A DNA stretch of 64,000 nt, from the NCBI GenBank assembly GCA_964486045.1, contig CAZALK010000006.1, positions 32,001-96,000 of the forward strand. The letters run 5' to 3'. The position numbers and the translations under genes are program-made. Position 1 is the first letter of the stretch; each line of letters begins with the position of its first letter. The stretch is from an uncultured archaeon. Lineage in GTDB: Archaea > Asgardarchaeota > Lokiarchaeia > Sigyniarchaeales > SOKP01. Shown piece after piece: positions 60,312-64,000 of this stretch. The notes under the pieces were generated by a model, which saw only the letters and a program-made list of their open reading frames with translations, did no database searches and was not told the origin of the DNA.

Positions 60312-60671
60312 ATGTTTTTATATTTAATTCAAGCAAAAATGAATGTATCCGAAGATTTGATCAATTTTTTCAAAACACTGGGAGAATCTACTAGATTAAA
60401 TATTATAAATTTTATTGGGGAGGGAGAAAAATCAGCCCAAGAGATCCAGAGTGGCTTGAATAAAAGCCAGTCTATAATCTCTCAGAGATTAAAGAATCTT
60501 ACTGATTCTGATATTATAACTGTCCGGAGAGAAAGACATCAAAAATATTACAAAATCAAATATCCAAATGTATTAGAAATCATCTCTGGAGCAGAAAATT
60601 TAATCTCACAAAAAAAGAAAGCAGAAATGGATAGATTAACTAGTGATGATATCTTGGACACATTATTTTAA
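60312..60671 (+). CDS. ArsR/SmtB-family winged-helix transcriptional regulator
   Basis: FKTLGESTRL.I, SQSIISQ.L..L, KYY.I. Likely ATG at 60339. Confidence 0.88.
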   Translation: MFLYLIQAKMNVSEDLINFFKTLGESTRLNIINFIGEGEKSAQEIQSGLNKSQSIISQRLKNLTDSDIITVRRERHQKYYKIKYPNVLEIISGAENLISQKKKAEMDRLTSDDILDTLF

Positions 60672-60700
60672 GAAAATCAAGCACTTAAATTTGATGGAAA

Positions 60701-61222
60701 TTGTCAGAAGGAAAGCAAAAGATAAAAATCTTAATTTTAGGATTGAAAAGTAGTGGAAAAACATCAATAGTTATTAGTTTACAAAAAAAAATCAATTTAT
60801 TAAATTTCATTAATTTGAAGCCCACACGAGGAATCAATAAAATCGAATTCGAAGAAGGTAATTCTAAATTTTATATTTGGGATTTTGGTGGTCAAGAAAG
60901 TTACCGGAAAGAATATATTGAACGAATGGATCGTTATTTCAACGAAACTAAGAAATTTATTTATGTTATAGATATACAGGAACAAGAACTTTACGACAGC
61001 TCATTAGGATTTCTTGAAGATATCATCTTAATCCTCAAGAATAAAGAACTCGTTACGAATATTTCAATCTTTTTACATAAATTTGATCCAGACTTAGAGA
61101 TAGAAGAGGAGATTCCAATAAACCTGGTGAAAAAAATAGAAGCTTTAATCCCGAAAGAATTTAAATATAAAATCTTTAAAACAAGCATTTACACAGTTTT
61201 TCGAAAAATGCCTTTTTCTTAA
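60701..61222 (+). CDS. Small GTPase, Rag/Arf-like
   Basis: G1 GLKSSGKT, G2 PT, G3 WDFGGQ, G4 HKFD, G5 TSIY. Confidence 0.85.
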   Translation: MSEGKQKIKILILGLKSSGKTSIVISLQKKINLLNFINLKPTRGINKIEFEEGNSKFYIWDFGGQESYRKEYIERMDRYFNETKKFIYVIDIQEQELYDSSLGFLEDIILILKNKELVTNISIFLHKFDPDLEIEEEIPINLVKKIEALIPKEFKYKIFKTSIYTVFRKMPFS

Positions 61223-61429
61223 AATAATAAATCTCTCCCAATTCCCTTTCTTAAAGATTAAAAAGCTTGTTTGTATAATTTTTGTCTACTTTTTATATAC
61301 AATTTGTGATTTACAAAACTTTAAAATTTCATAGGTTACTATGAATCTGAATTTTATATAGTGAACTGATTGTTTACTGTACTGGTGTTTAAGAAAAATT
61401 TTTAAATTGAAACAGCAAGGGATGAGGAT

Positions 61430-64000
61430 TTGAAATATTTAATTCTTTCTTATTTTGATGACTGGGAAGGCCCAAAAATATTTTTGCAACACCCAAAAAC
61501 AAAATCTCATGAAGAATTAGAACAGATTCCTCAATTAATGAATCTTTATGATAAAGGATTTTTTACTCATTCGATAAAAGGATTTACTAGCGCAAACTTA
61601 ATTTTTGATGTAGCGAGTAATTATATCAGAGGTGGATCTGAATTACTCCAAATAACAATTCTTTGTAAAGATGAATACTTGAATACAGATCTTTCAAAAA
61701 CACTTCTTGAATGGTTTGTGCATCAAGTAAATGAAATTTCTGAGGTATTTAAAGCGTTTTATCCTGAATTAGAGGAAAAACCAGCGAGTAACAATAAATA
61801 TGTTATTCCCCTTTCCACTGATTCTTCAACAGGAAAAAGGGGTAGTAGAGGTAAATTAGCACAAGTTCGAGATTTATTTTTTAATGTTTTCAATAATTTA
61901 CCTAAAGAAAGCATTACAATAAGGCGTTCAGACTCAAAAATTTTTATATTTGGATTATCTAAAGTAGGAAAATCAACGATTATAAAGGTTATTCAAGGTT
62001 ACCAAAATACAAGTACAATTCCCACTTTCAATGTGGATATTTCACAAATACTATTTAATAATATTTCTTTAATAACGTATGATGCTCCTGGGCAGACAAA
62101 ATTCCAAAATTTTTGGAAACCTTATCTAAAAAATTTGGATGGATTAGTTTTTATACTTGATATTACAGACTATTCTACTTTTCCTTAAGCTCGTGAAATT
62201 TTACACAGTATTGCTAATAAACCAAACCTTAGAAACATACCTTTATTGATACTTTATAATAAGATCGATTTAATGACCCCTGACGTAGAGAAAATCAATG
62301 ATGCACTTAGTATTGATAAATTTGGGAAAAGAGTCTGTAGACATTTTTTAACTAGTGGTTTAACAAATGAAGGAATAGTAAACGCATTCACTTGGTTGAC
62401 TAATAATATTTTGAGTCGAAGAATTTTACCTGGAGAGGAAGAGTTAGGAATAATTTTTTCACGTTGGGATGAAATTATCGGTCTTAAAATTCTTACAACA
62501 TATCCGGAAAATGTTGTTGATGATCCTGAAAGTGTCGCTCTAAAGTGTTCTTCAATATCACAATTTGTTTATGAAGGGGAACAAGTAAAAAAATCTGCGT
62601 TTATCTTGCCCTTACCACAATTGAGGGCAAAGGCAGCAATTTATTATGATTATATTCAAGATAGTTCAATCCGAGGTAATCGGTTACCTCTCTCTATAAT
62701 CTTAATTTATCAAGAAAAGATTCCAAATTCAATTATAGATAAATTTAATAGTTTAGTACTAGATAAATTTGAGCTTATTAAAAAATGTTATATGAACGAA
62801 GAGAACTTCGATAAAAATTTTTATGAGCTCCATGGAACAATTCGGGAGAGATTAAAATCTTTTAAATCTACTGTAAAAGAATTGAGAGTAGCAGAATTAC
62901 AATATAAAGCTTTGTTTAAAGCCGCTCGAGATGCAATCTTAATTATTGAGCAGAAATCAGAAATAATTATTGATGCAAATGAGCAAGCTGAGAACTTCTT
63001 TTTATTACCTTTGGAAAAAATCATTGGTTCTCACATGACTAACCTAAAATTTGATATTGAGTATGAATTGTTTAGAGAAAAAATGGCAAATCAAGTTAGT
63101 GTAGAAGGTACTCCCCCATTTGGAGCCATAATTTTGAATTCTGAGGAATCTTTCATTCCTGTGGAAATAAATGCAAGTAGAATTCAAATGGGGGGTAGAA
63201 ATTACATACAATTTATAATTCGAGATGTTACTGAGCGTAGTAAAGCCGAACAAAGATTAAGAGAATCTGAGGAAAATTATCGACTCATTTCAGAAAATGC
63301 GAATGATCTAATTATCGTTATTAATAATAAATTTGAAGGGGAGTACATAAATGAAGATGCATATCAGAATATAATGGGATATTCAAAGAAAGATGTTATA
63401 GGCAAGTCTGTTTTAGAATTTATTCATCCAGAAGATCTTCAGAAATGCACTCAAGCAATAATGAAGGGTTTCAAAAAGGGTGGAGGACGTGTTGATGCCA
63501 GATTTAGACATAATGATGGTCATTATGTATGGTTAGATATAAAAGGAAGACCTTATTACCCTAAGGAAGGTTTAGGAAAAGCGCTTTTAATTGCTCGAGA
63601 TATTTCTGAGCGAAAAAAGGCCGAATCTACTATTAAAAAGAATTTAAAGTTTGAAAAAACTGTTGGGGTCATTTCCTCTCGGTTTATTGATGCAAACGAT
63701 TTTGATAAAGCAATTAATGATACTTTACGAGATATTGGGATACTTTGTGATGCGAATCGAGCTTTTCTTTTTAGTTATAATAAAAATGATAAAACTATTG
63801 ACAACACTCATATGTGGATTGAAGAGGGAATAAAAGCCAAAATTCAGGATTTACAAAAAATCCCTAAAATGATACTTCTCTACTGGGAGCAATTAATAAT
63901 TGAAAATGGGTATGTGCATATTACGGATGTTTCAAATCTCAAATCAAGAAATTATTTTCTTAAAGAACACTTTGAAAGCCTAAAGATTACATCTTTTTTA
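61430..64000 (+). CDS. Longin/uDENN - Arf-like GTPase - longin/uDENN - PAS - PAS - GAF fusion, with in-frame TAA at 62186-62188; runs off the window
   Basis: The same frame stays open for 604 codons after the TAA. G1 GLSKVGKS and G3 DAPGQ precede the stop; G4 NKID and TSG..NEG...AF.WL follow it. Then WDEIIG..I...YP, two PAS domains (..RDVTER, FIHPED..RDISERK) and a GAF domain (DANRAFLF). Confidence 0.75.

Noticed and set aside
62186-62188. Selenocysteine/pyrrolysine recoding or genome-wide stop reassignment at the in-frame stop
   Set aside because: The codon is TAA, not TGA or TAG, and TAA terminates many normal genes in this window.
61430-62188. Treating the 252-aa ORF as a complete gene
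   Set aside because: It ends mid-GTPase; G4 and G5 motifs and further domains continue in frame past the stop.
62821-63833. Short ORFs 62821-63024, 63044-63253 and 63651-63833
   Set aside because: They are antisense or out-of-frame shadows of the long PAS/GAF reading frame.

Overview
Very AT-rich archaeal chromosomal segment, most likely from an Asgard archaeon (Lokiarchaeia/Promethearchaeota). The assignment is inferred from Alba, a Sec11 signal peptidase, a histone-fold gene, a single-domain gelsolin, Rag/Arf-like small GTPases, longin/uDENN-like domains and an IPGY-TM C-terminal anchor. Most genes are housekeeping or metabolic: lipid and acyl-CoA enzymes, tRNA methyltransferases, Nth, rhomboid, UvrD, GH3 and thiolase/DUF35. 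Three loci stand out. (1) At the right edge, ArsR and a Rag-like GTPase precede a large fusion gene that the ORF track mostly missed (61430 to beyond 64000): longin/uDENN - Arf-like GTPase - longin/uDENN with a folliculin-like RG arginine-finger motif - PAS - PAS - GAF, interrupted by one in-frame TAA. (2) A tight operon encodes a 1494-aa Dna2-like Fe-S nuclease/SF1B helicase with Mre11 and Rad50 (atypical zinc hook), without HerA/NurA, next to UvrD. (3) A GC-richer block of about 10 kb encodes AllF/G/H-like oxamate carbamoyltransferase subunits, carbamate kinase and a BMP-type nucleoside ABC transporter. No rRNA, tRNA, CRISPR array or transposase was recognised. All family calls come from reading motifs by eye; no database search was run.
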